Source: Ascoidea asiatica JCM 7603
Taxonomy: Eukaryota > Fungi > Ascomycota
Length of the DNA stretch: 64,000 nucleotides
Assembly: GCA_001600695.1 (NCBI GenBank)
Contig: BCKQ01000001.1
Span: 1,515,011-1,579,010 of the forward strand
Direction: 5' to 3'
A program made the translations under genes and the position numbers. How positions within the stretch are numbered: the first letter of the stretch is position 1; every line of letters starts with the position of its first letter. Below, piece by piece: positions 22,501-33,534 of this stretch. Below the pieces are notes generated by a model. That model saw nothing but the letters and a program-made list of their open reading frames with translations, did no database searches and was not told where the DNA came from.

Positions 22501-24932
22501 AAAGTGAATGTTTTCAAAGAACTTTAAGCACCGAAAATTTGACAAAAGTTAATACCCAAGAACAGGGGGATTCCAAAGATAATATTATTCAGAATCTTAA
22601 GGATTTTGAAATTAAAGACTTCAAGCTCAAGGATTTCAAACTTAAAGACTTGAGAATCAATCCAAACTCAATAGAAGAGAAACCAAAAGATGAGAACATT
22701 TCCGAAGATTCAACAAAGGATATAAGAGGAAGAACTATACCAGAAGTAAAAATTGATTTACAACCAGTTGAATCATTTGAAAAATCAAGCACTTCAATAA
22801 ACAATAACCCACCTGAAAATAACAGTTCTACTTCATTACTTAATCAAAATAACTTAACTTTACTTTCTGTTAGTGGCATTGGGATATTAAAAGATGATTC
22901 AAGAAACTCCCTTTCTACTATTAAAAATAATAGTAGTCCAGGTATGCTTATGTCTACACCTCAATCTCTGACTTCACCGATAACAAACGGAAGCCATTTT
23001 TCATATGATTCTGAAACTCAACATTCTCCTACCAAGAGTTCCCTGTTTCAATATCAAAATATGTCTAGTTGTACAGTTATAGCTAAAAACGATTCAGCAT
23101 CTCGTCTGGATTGTGTATTGGTCAATGATGATGTAGAAGTTAATACGATTAAAGAAGAAGACGAAAATGATACCGAAGAAGAAGTTGTTTTAATATCAAA
23201 CTCGTCCAAAAGTGAAATTCAAGTAAAAGAAAAAAGTCTTCATTCTGTTACATCTGATAAAAAGAAAATGAAAAGAAGATCTATTCTCCACACTTTAAGT
23301 GTTGGCTATAAAAAGTCCTATCATAACATAAAGGGATCCCTTGGTAATCATAAATCATCAAATACAGATGACTCAAAACTTCAAACAATTGATCATTATT
23401 CAACCAATGGCAACAAAAGTTTAATTCATGTTCAAGCTGATTCACATAATATGAGAAAGGCTAAATCAATGCTGCTACTCTTAGAAAATAGTGATTCTTC
23501 TTTCATGAAAAGTATGAAATCAAATGAAAATATGAATAGTACTAGCTCCTTTGAAACGGAAAGCGAAGAAGAACATGAGGATACACAAACAGATTTGAGG
23601 TCATATGAAACATCTAAATCAAGAAATAGAAAGGGATTGAAAATCAGAACATCAATTTCAAATTTAAAATCTTATCATAGTAATAGAAGCTCCAGTATAT
23701 TTCGTGTTCGTTCAAATTCCACTGCTTCTTCTTCGGTAATATCTCCAGTGAAGGCGACATTAGACACACTATTCTCAGAATCTTCTATTCATATTTCATT
23801 TCCATGTACTGCTGCAACATGGGATAACAATAAATGGACACAATTATATCCCGACAAAATCTTTGGAGCCATTTCTTTTAGTTCTAATTACGGATTTTTA
23901 AGCTTTTATAATAATGATCCCAAACCAATGAAATCAAGCTTGAATGAATGCTTATTAGTATTGCCAATTTTAGAGACAACTTCCTGTCGAAAAACAGTAC
24001 CTATCGGACTTCATATAACTACATCTAAAAGTGTTGATTTTAGAGATCCTATATCCATTCTAATTAATTGTTCGACTGAATTGCTTGAGCCAATTATGTT
24101 GAATGTTGATAAAGCAAAAAAGATAAAAACCAGTAATCCACTTATAGTATCACAAGTATTATCTGCAACAACTCCTGATGATGTATTATTAGGATTTCCC
24201 TCCAGTTCTTTGCATATCCCTCAAATAAGTGACGGAAGTGGCTCTGCATTTTCATCTGGATCTGAGGTTGGATCACAACAATCAAGTAGACATAAAAGCT
24301 CTATTTCACTTAAGTTTAAGCCTTTAAAATCAATTTTTGGAACTCATTTGAATGATTCATCTACTCCTACAACTTCGACATCCGTAACTTCAAAATGGTC
24401 CTTTTTTACACCTTCTCCTGCATCCTCTAGATTTACCAATTCGAATGTTCAAAGAAATATTGATATTCAAAAAACATTGCAAAATTTAGTTGATGAAGAA
24501 GCATATAAATCAACAACTTCTATACCTCAACTTAAGTCTCAAGATATCTTAATTAAAAATCTTCGAGAAAAAGAGCATTTAATAAAATCTGTTAAAATCA
24601 AGCTCCACAATAGAAGTTCCGAAAATGATAATTGGCATTCTGTTTCTATGGGTCTATTAAACTTATTTGCCTTATCTCATTTTGGGCTATATAAAATTAT
24701 TGTATCTAATGTTAAAACTGGGACCGTTGAAATTAATACAGTTATCAGAGGAAAATGCATTTCTAGAATAGGAAGATCAGGTATATGCATTACAGTTCAA
24801 AATGAGCGATTATTCTCAGACCTGTCAGAAACTACAATCTTTAAAGAAGATAAAAACTTTTGTAATTATTTGATAGAATCTCGAAATTCAAAAGAAGCAA
24901 ATAACCTTTTCGAACTTTTAAATTCAAATTAA
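19554..24932 (+). CDS. Large (1792 aa) protein with a divergent DH (RhoGEF-like) region and probable PH-like domains
   Basis: ITDLRQSEQVYLNDL resembles DH conserved region 1 and YLKKRPFIRLKYL resembles region 3. Beta-rich blocks follow (~aa 530-690 and the C-terminus), separated by long Asn/Ser/acidic linkers. The ORF is certain; the domain call is moderate. Confidence 0.6.
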   Translation: MSLSNLSLQVLNDIQLQIQADNISSFSENSDSTLRSSLSKLLNLSNLSNSNLSNRNSLILNNNSNNIKPNSNIKNSKILSNINISDITDISNISNISNSSNGNISNISNETNETNKTNETNNTSETNETNEIIYNTNITTNTTNTSISNSDELIKNNNKDNIQDDDDQIQIEKEMNNLKSSITLNTLSSYITDLRQSEQVYLNDLSKLLICSNSHSNSINSINSNLILLNKIPISSSSSTNKNNDNNNDNNNKNDNDININKNNYFDFITSIKNLLLLHNQLNSILLINFNLNSNINLKNLIKLILNFAIWSKKISNFYNTYTKFYSYNIQDSEPELYLKKRPFIRLKYLSKLINQFNQIFLSINYPNFSNNLTDINLLINNNIHNKIDNNKRNSNEENNKSNIKENNQNSINNISDLNDNEEDIQTEIEIEKENDIINDNNNDNNNDNNNNNDNNNDNNNDNDNDKDKDKDNDDNDNENENHDYQEYLNISVKKISLNFQISSINISKQLKASIIKLQNEKFKIDQSTINFNQVRDLYTLRNSSGCFYLNQVMKRDYFEFEFIHKLDYTTNKKLIEIFLLSNDVNKFPLSNLNDSDFKLDDIHSLALCSVENIGRNLLFPSFRKNELKLLSINSDSLTNEVVLTVPESLDNYFLNDSNNNQNNLNTDHIIIKLSCPDSVQFNLWIPIFTKLFDYHTSLQKVKFERNFFLKYKQVKRDLLFQDGLGLTYDPFIDNQSNKNKNSSINNRPIMRRPLSVRSLNQLRSTKSTPSFDFKKFPPLPQPENSDNSKQSSLIDPKNKNLSYTDSKKKYGNPPLFGLAIDFDSHTPDLTLKADEKYISLPESDSSNDNELHLTDKSLEEENDDIEDANDDVKNVDVIVDNMKEDFNDSFYYNDNEEDEEGEDDDDDDDNLSLVSIHDNEQEAQNEIQFVNIANGNLSSSNLSRRATMVVASNHRSTNSVKLISIQPRKSTELHLVKHSASKSECFQRTLSTENLTKVNTQEQGDSKDNIIQNLKDFEIKDFKLKDFKLKDLRINPNSIEEKPKDENISEDSTKDIRGRTIPEVKIDLQPVESFEKSSTSINNNPPENNSSTSLLNQNNLTLLSVSGIGILKDDSRNSLSTIKNNSSPGMLMSTPQSLTSPITNGSHFSYDSETQHSPTKSSLFQYQNMSSCTVIAKNDSASRLDCVLVNDDVEVNTIKEEDENDTEEEVVLISNSSKSEIQVKEKSLHSVTSDKKKMKRRSILHTLSVGYKKSYHNIKGSLGNHKSSNTDDSKLQTIDHYSTNGNKSLIHVQADSHNMRKAKSMLLLLENSDSSFMKSMKSNENMNSTSSFETESEEEHEDTQTDLRSYETSKSRNRKGLKIRTSISNLKSYHSNRSSSIFRVRSNSTASSSVISPVKATLDTLFSESSIHISFPCTAATWDNNKWTQLYPDKIFGAISFSSNYGFLSFYNNDPKPMKSSLNECLLVLPILETTSCRKTVPIGLHITTSKSVDFRDPISILINCSTELLEPIMLNVDKAKKIKTSNPLIVSQVLSATTPDDVLLGFPSSSLHIPQISDGSGSAFSSGSEVGSQQSSRHKSSISLKFKPLKSIFGTHLNDSSTPTTSTSVTSKWSFFTPSPASSRFTNSNVQRNIDIQKTLQNLVDEEAYKSTTSIPQLKSQDILIKNLREKEHLIKSVKIKLHNRSSENDNWHSVSMGLLNLFALSHFGLYKIIVSNVKTGTVEINTVIRGKCISRIGRSGICITVQNERLFSDLSETTIFKEDKNFCNYLIESRNSKEANNLFELLNSN
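20871..21003 (+). repeat. Coding (GATAACAATAAC)n-type repeat encoding a D/N tract
   Basis: Seen directly. Confidence 0.9.
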
Positions 24933-25307
24933 TCTCACACCAATAAATTTACCATTTTTGTATAATTTTTGCCTCAGCTTATTTTTTTTTCTTCTTCAAT
25001 TTCTATTATAGTTAAATTTTTTTTCTTAAATTCTTTATTTTCTTTCAAACTTTTGTTCAATTTTTTTATTGTTTTTTTTGTAATTCTAGTTGGGTATAAT
25101 AAACGGTTTATTTTATTTTGTTTTAAAATTACTAAAATCAGAATATCTTAAAATAATTCTGATAATTTCCATTACACACTTTTGGAAGAAGTTAAATGAA
25201 TTCAAAAGATAATGAAGCCTTCATAAAAAAAAAAAAAAAAAAAATCTCCGTTTACTTCCACTATGGAATACAGGTAGAACATATGCACTTTATATAAGAC
25301 ATTAAGA

Positions 25308-26837
25308 TCATAAATTCTGATTATCTTTAACTTTAGCCGCTGCTGGCTTCCAAACATGTAAAGAGTTATCATTTGAAATACTTGAAATCATCCATTTATC
25401 GTTAGGGTTCCAAGAAATATCATTTACACCACTCATATGACCACCATGAGTAAACAACAAAATATCATTGTCTTTCCTTTCTGAATTATTTTGAGAATCT
25501 TTTAAAGCTTCTTCTTCCGAAAGACCTTGGTCATAATCTTTTATAATTGATAAATCTTCATTTTCTTTGATTTGACTAATATCCCATAGTTTAACTCTAT
25601 GATCATCTTGTCCTCCCGAAGCCAATATAGTTGGAAGATTATTGTTCCACTCTAGACAAGAAATTGGACCTTTATGAGAGTGAGCTATAGTATAAATAGG
25701 ATTTGATAAATCTCTTAAATCCCATATCATGATATTGGCATTAGAATCCGCAGTTGCACAGCAAAATATATTTTGTAAATTGAAAGAAATAGAATTGATT
25801 CCAGTTTTATGAGAAGTAGTATTACTATTAATGGGATTACTTTTTTTAGAAGTTCTGATATCAAATATTTTTAATGAAGAGTCTTCTCCCACTGTTCCGA
25901 ATATTGAATCGTGTTTATAAAGCCATTTAACATCATTTACTCCACCTTGATGTATCGAGCTAAATATTGTAGAAGGAGTTTTAATGATATTATCTTTTAA
26001 AGAAATAAAAGAAGATTTTAAATCCCAAAGGCAAACGTTACCATCTAATGAAGATGAAAGTAGAAAACCTTCTTTATTATAATTGAAAGATAAACCATAA
26101 CCTTCCTGTTTATGAAAATCTAATGTTATCTGAGGTTTAAATTTTTCTTTTTCTAATATTATATTGGTTTTTGAATGTTTTGTTCTATCAAATATATAAA
26201 CTTTTCCAAAATTATTTATAGTTGAAAATATATCAGGTTTTTGAGGCATATATCTTAATTTATTTATTTCTCCATTATGTAATATCTTTTGTTTTACAGA
26301 TATTTTTTTAAAATAATCTTCAGTTAAATATTCTTTTTTTGACAAAAATTCTTGTTTTTCAGAATCATAATTATCAATTGAAATTAAATCTCCAGTTAAC
26401 TCAGAAACTGAAAAGTCTGCCAAATACAAGTATTCTGACGCATAAGAAGAAGTAAATGACCCATAAGCTAGTCTATATGTCGAGGTATTTTTAATTGCGT
26501 CTTTTTGAACATCAGGAAGAAATTGGATAGTTAATGAAGGCCATATTAAAGATGAAGTTTGAAGATAATCATATAGAAAAGGAGCATTTTTTTTCCATAT
26601 TCTATATTCATCTTGTGATTTTTTATCAATTGCTGATGTTTGAATATCATTGAGGTTATTTTCTTTGTTAAGTGAACTATTTTCCTGATTATCTACCATT
26701 TTGATCATCTGAACATCATCACTAGGAACTGTATTGTTGGGAACCTCACTAACATCTATTATCTCCACATCTTGAACTATATGAACATCACCAGTGATTT
26801 CAATATCGTCGCTTTTATTTATTTCTGTTGAATTCAT
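25308..26837 (-). CDS. MSI1: WD40 histone-binding protein, CAF-1 subunit Msi1/Cac3
   Basis: YRIWKKNAPFLYDYL..LIWPSLT N-domain; C-terminal FTHGGHMSGVNDISW..NDNSLHVWKP fits Msi1 better than Hat2; adjacent to RIM2 and PGI1 as in S. cerevisiae. Confidence 0.9.
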   Translation of the reverse strand: MNSTEINKSDDIEITGDVHIVQDVEIIDVSEVPNNTVPSDDVQMIKMVDNQENSSLNKENNLNDIQTSAIDKKSQDEYRIWKKNAPFLYDYLQTSSLIWPSLTIQFLPDVQKDAIKNTSTYRLAYGSFTSSYASEYLYLADFSVSELTGDLISIDNYDSEKQEFLSKKEYLTEDYFKKISVKQKILHNGEINKLRYMPQKPDIFSTINNFGKVYIFDRTKHSKTNIILEKEKFKPQITLDFHKQEGYGLSFNYNKEGFLLSSSLDGNVCLWDLKSSFISLKDNIIKTPSTIFSSIHQGGVNDVKWLYKHDSIFGTVGEDSSLKIFDIRTSKKSNPINSNTTSHKTGINSISFNLQNIFCCATADSNANIMIWDLRDLSNPIYTIAHSHKGPISCLEWNNNLPTILASGGQDDHRVKLWDISQIKENEDLSIIKDYDQGLSEEEALKDSQNNSERKDNDILLFTHGGHMSGVNDISWNPNDKWMISSISNDNSLHVWKPAAAKVKDNQNL

Positions 26838-27336
26838 TATATAAACTGCATGTCTTTGGTGATTATTTGATTACTTTTTTGGCAGTTGTTTTCATTGAAA
26901 TATAAACTTGTTTTTCCATGTTTTCGAGTAAGAAATTTCAAAATCCATTTTCCCAATCTCACAATCTCAAAACATTAAATTCTTGGATTCTTTCTTTAAT
27001 ATTGACGTTAACTATGCTTCATGAGCCGGAAACAACCAAAGAATTCTGCATCCGGTAACTATCAAAAACACAATTCGGAAGCCTAAAACGTGATATTTTT
27101 GTTATCCGGTCCTGGAAAATTTATTTGAAAAATTTAGACTTGACATTCGCAGTTTCCATAAATTTACTGTATAAATTTTGCTTATCGATTAATATGGTAA
27201 ATGTTTTACTATTGTTTTTGCTTGTTTGCTTCGAAGTTACAAATGGTTAAAAGAGTGCTGGAGTGTGAAAAATACAAGAAATAACCAAAGCCATCAAGGG
27301 TAAATTTAAAAATATTTTAAAGATAAGTGGAATAAT

Positions 27337-28500
27337 ATGTCATCGAGAATTAATCAAGAACGTTTTTTTCAGATTGAAAAAGATGCAGAAGAATCATCTG
27401 CCTTTTTGAGTTCGGATGAAAAATCTTCAACAATGAAAAATACAAGTTTTATTCCATATATCGATAATAAAAAAATACAAATACAAAAAACTCAACAGAT
27501 AAATCAAACCATTAATAAAGAAAGTGTAAAACCATGGGTTCATTTTGTAGCTGGTGGTATAGGTGGTATGGCTGGAGCTATATTTACATGTCCATTAGAT
27601 GTTGTTAAAACCAGACTTCAATCTGATGTTTATAGACAAGTTTATGCATCAAAATTTCCTGTAAATTCAAATCCAATCATAAACGCAGGTAGACATTTTG
27701 GAGAAACATTTAAAATTATTGGAAATTTATATAAAATTGAAGGTTTTAGATCATTATTTAAAGGTTTAGGACCAAATTTAGTTGGAGTAATACCTGCAAG
27801 ATCAATAAATTTTTTTACATATGGAGTTTCAAAAGATATTTTAAAAAGTAGATTTAATAATAATCAAGAATCAACATGGATTCATTTACTTTCTGCTGCA
27901 AATGCAGGTATATGGACATCAACAATAACAAATCCTATATGGTTAGTTAAAACAAGATTACAATTAGATAAATATTCATCCAAACAATCAAATATTGAAA
28001 GAAAATATAAAAATTCATTTGATTGTACATTAAAAGTTTTTAAAAATGAAGGTATTAAAGGTCTTTATAAAGGATTATCAGCATCCTATTTAGGATCAGT
28101 TGAAGGAGTTTTACAATGGGTTTTATATGAACAAATGAAAATGATTATAAAACAAAAAAGTAATAAAAATAAATTTGAAAATCCAAATTATATTAGAAGT
28201 AATATGGATTCATTTGTTGAATGGGCACAAAGATCAGGAAGTGCAGGTTTAGCAAAATTTATTGCTTCAATTATTACATATCCACATGAAGTTATTAGAA
28301 CGAGATTAAGACAAGCACCATTAAATAATGGAAAATTAAAATATAATGGAATTGTACAATCTTTTAGATTAATTGTTAAAGAAGAAGGTTTTGCAAGTAT
28401 GTATGGAGGTTTAACACCACATTTATTAAGAACAGTACCAAATAGTATTATAATGTTTGGTACATGGGAAATTTTAATCAAACTTCTATCAAATCTTTAA
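27337..28500 (+). CDS. RIM2: Mitochondrial pyrimidine nucleotide carrier
   Basis: Three PxD/ExxK/RxR-type carrier repeats; KPWVHFVAGG and GLGPNLVGVIPARSINF. Confidence 0.96.
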   Translation: MSSRINQERFFQIEKDAEESSAFLSSDEKSSTMKNTSFIPYIDNKKIQIQKTQQINQTINKESVKPWVHFVAGGIGGMAGAIFTCPLDVVKTRLQSDVYRQVYASKFPVNSNPIINAGRHFGETFKIIGNLYKIEGFRSLFKGLGPNLVGVIPARSINFFTYGVSKDILKSRFNNNQESTWIHLLSAANAGIWTSTITNPIWLVKTRLQLDKYSSKQSNIERKYKNSFDCTLKVFKNEGIKGLYKGLSASYLGSVEGVLQWVLYEQMKMIIKQKSNKNKFENPNYIRSNMDSFVEWAQRSGSAGLAKFIASIITYPHEVIRTRLRQAPLNNGKLKYNGIVQSFRLIVKEEGFASMYGGLTPHLLRTVPNSIIMFGTWEILIKLLSNL

Positions 28501-28940
28501 TCAAATCTTCAAACAAATCTTTAATCAATTATTTAAAGATCAAAAAAACAAAAAAAAAACATATATATATATTGTATTATTATTATTCTCAAAACCAAAT
28601 TTGAGAATGATTTTTCATTTCTTTTTCTCCAGGTAAGTTTTTGTACATATATAAATTATACCTATTATGTTTCTTTATTTCTATTATCTTTTTACATTTT
28701 ATTTTTTATCAAAACTTAATCATTTTTTCTTTTGTCAATTATACAGTATGTAATAATCTTGTAATTTCTTTTTTTTTACATTTTTTTTTTAATGAATAAT
28801 TATCTTGTGAATAGTTTTATTTTAAATAAATAAATGAGTTATTTAAAAATTAAGTAAATATATATTATTATTAGTTGTATTTATATATCAATATAAGTAT
28901 ATTAGTGTATTAGTGTATTAGTTTTTTATTATAAATTTCA

Positions 28941-30810
<1,870 letters not shown>

Positions 30811-31189
30811 TGGAGAATAATTGATGGATATAATTGAGTATATAGCAAATTAGATAGGGAAATAAAGAAATGAAGAATTAAAAAAGATACAAGAATAATA
30901 TAAAATAAATGGGGAAATTGATTATTTTTATATTGTAAAAGAGATAATTGACAGCAATATGTTGTAGTGGTTAGTGGAGTATCATTGATGAGATCCATAT
31001 CCTGATGAGCAAAAGTGTCGGAAGCATAACATTATTTAGTAGGTAGTTCATCAAATAGTAGCAGAATAATGAGAGTGGCATTGTTGCAGCGGGTGGTGTC
31101 AGTGGACGAGCAAGCAGACAAAGACAAGAGACAGGAGCAAGAGACAGCAGAGAGAGAGCACCCAGCAGACTGGCCTTACCAGCTAAATA

Positions 31190-31254
31190 CACGTGCAGTG
31201 TTTCTTCCCGGAGCTTTTCGGCAGCTTCAGGCCCAGTGGCAGATCTCGCACGTG
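31190..31254. promoter_or_regulatory. Two E-boxes (CACGTG) in the PGI1/GPI2 divergent promoter (Cbf1/Tye7/Pho4 class)
   Basis: CACGTG at 31190 and 31249. Confidence 0.5.
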
Positions 31255-31454
31255 CTGATCCACCAGAAAGAACACACAGACAGAGAAACAGACAGAGGAG
31301 GCAGTGCATTCCTCTCCAGACGATGGTGACGCTGCTCGCTTCTCTTTTCCAGCTGTTTCTGCTGCCGGTGCTTCCAGCTCTTCTTTTAAAATACTGTTAT
31401 TTCTTCAGTTTATGCTCCTTACCTCTTCTAATCTGGTACTCCTGTTATATCGAC

Positions 31455-33188
31455 ATGGCTAGCTCACTTTCTAACGACGCCAATGACATTAAACACTCCA
31501 GAGAAGATAAAGCTATAGAGCATAAAGAGTCTATAGAATCCATCAATTCCATAGAATCTATAATAATACAGAAACCACAAGAACTACGACAGTATAAAGA
31601 AGGTAAAAATCAAGATCAAGAACAAAGAAATTTAAATCCAAATTCAAATTCAAATAGTCTTAAAATTCCTTCACATTTAAATTTCAATTCAAATCAAAAT
31701 AAAAATAAAAATAATTTACAATTAAATTCAAAATTAAAAAGTATTAATGATAATTTCACTGAATCTGATTTCACAAATTTTTTATTAACTCCAACTTTAC
31801 CATCTTTTAATGATTCAAATGATGATTTAAGTAATGATTTGAGTAATAATTTAAGTTTTGACTTAAACAATAACTCAAAGAATAGTTCAAAGAGTAACTT
31901 AAATGATATAACTAACTTAAACAATAATTCAAATGATTTAATAATATCTCCTTCAGACTCAATTCAAATTCAATTACCAGTTAACTTAGTTAAAAGTAAT
32001 CCAGTTAAAAATACTCTCATAAAGAATACTTCAGTAAAAAATAATTCAATTAAAAATACTTCAATAATAAATACTTCAATAACAAATAGAACAAGATCAA
32101 AAACAAGTTTTTTGAATAAAAATTCGAATAGTAATCATATTAATCATATAAATCATAACTTCAATCATAATATTAATCATAATATAAACTTTAAATCAAG
32201 AAATAGAAAAAATTCATTCTCTTTAGAATATAAATCAATTCAAAGAAAATTCTCAATCTCCAATTCAAATTCAAATTCAAATTCAAAACTAAAAGATAAT
32301 TCAAAATTTAAAGATCATAAATTTAAAAAAAAACCAGAATGGAAAAAATTATTATATTTAAAACAAAATTATCCTGATAATTATACAAATAATTCATTTT
32401 TATCTCAATTAAAAAGAAATTCAACAGTTTTAAAATACTCTTATTGGAATTTATTAAATGATTTTACTAAAATTACAATCAATTTATCTAATTTATCTCT
32501 TGTTTATTTAATTTTTTATATCTTTTATTCAAATAAATTTCAATCTATTAATAATTTTAATTATTATAATGATTATTTAGAAATTATTATAACTTTAATT
32601 ATATCTTTATTCACTCTTTCAATTTATATCTTCTATATTTCTTATAACAATAATAATAATAACAAAAATAATATTGTTGAAAATTTTAATTCAAGTTTAA
32701 TAATCTTATTCACTTTATTATCTTTATCTCCAGTTTTAAAATCTTTATCAATCTCAACTTCAAATGATTCAATTTGGGCTTTATCTTTTACTTTATCAAT
32801 TTTAAATTTATTATTATCAATTAAATCTTTTAAAAATTTAAATATTAATATTCTTTTATCAATCTCAATAATCTTAGCTTCAAGATTAAATTCAAATATT
32901 TCTGTATTTTCATTTATTTTCATTTCTTTTCAAATTTTTACAATCTTACCAATTTTTCAATCTTGGTTATTCATTAATTTTAAATTTTTAAATAAAATTT
33001 TTAATATAATTTATTTCAATTCAATTTCAATTTCAATTTATTTAAATTTAAATTTTAATCTTGCTTTTCTTTGGTTATTCATTAATTTCATAATCTTATT
33101 TATTTCTCCAATTTATTTCCTTTTCTTACAAAAATATAAAAATGAACTTCAAGGTCCTTGGGATCCTGCAAATCCAATTTTATTATAG
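31455..33188 (+). CDS. GPI2: GPI-GlcNAc transferase subunit Gpi2 (PIG-C) with a long N-terminal extension
   Basis: WKKLLYLKQNYPDNYT, LSPVLKSL..STSNDSIWAL, LASRL and YKNELQGPWDPA. Start placed at ATG 31455 (MASSLS), where coding-like composition begins. Confidence 0.92.
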   Translation: MASSLSNDANDIKHSREDKAIEHKESIESINSIESIIIQKPQELRQYKEGKNQDQEQRNLNPNSNSNSLKIPSHLNFNSNQNKNKNNLQLNSKLKSINDNFTESDFTNFLLTPTLPSFNDSNDDLSNDLSNNLSFDLNNNSKNSSKSNLNDITNLNNNSNDLIISPSDSIQIQLPVNLVKSNPVKNTLIKNTSVKNNSIKNTSIINTSITNRTRSKTSFLNKNSNSNHINHINHNFNHNINHNINFKSRNRKNSFSLEYKSIQRKFSISNSNSNSNSKLKDNSKFKDHKFKKKPEWKKLLYLKQNYPDNYTNNSFLSQLKRNSTVLKYSYWNLLNDFTKITINLSNLSLVYLIFYIFYSNKFQSINNFNYYNDYLEIIITLIISLFTLSIYIFYISYNNNNNNKNNIVENFNSSLIILFTLLSLSPVLKSLSISTSNDSIWALSFTLSILNLLLSIKSFKNLNINILLSISIILASRLNSNISVFSFIFISFQIFTILPIFQSWLFINFKFLNKIFNIIYFNSISISIYLNLNFNLAFLWLFINFIILFISPIYFLFLQKYKNELQGPWDPANPILL

Positions 33189-33398
33189 GGTAACCCTACA
33201 TTATATATTAAATACTAAATACAAACTTAATACACTCACTGTATTAAATATATAAAATACGAAATATATTAAATGTCAAATATATTAATTACATAAATAA
33301 ATAAGTAAATAGATATTAATCAATTTATTAATCATTTGATATAGTAACTAAAATAAATATATAAATAATTTTCCAAAACCATTATTAAGTAATTCAAA

Positions 33399-33485
33399 AT
33401 GTCAAATCAAAAAAATCAGAAATCTATCAATCCATCAGGTAATCAACAATCCAATATTAATAATAATAATAATAACAATAATAAC

Positions 33486-33534
<49 letters not shown>

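Noticed and set aside
28633-28638. AG|GTAAGT donor-like site in the RIM2 3' region
   Set aside because: No TACTAAC branch point downstream.
31236-31454. Track's extra N-terminus of GPI2, including a signal-peptide-like MVTLLASLFQLFLLPVL
   Set aside because: It starts at a GTG, lies in the GC-rich promoter island with E-boxes, and uses several CTG/CCG codons unlike the rest of the gene. More likely a CT-rich leader, although ATG 31323 cannot be fully excluded.
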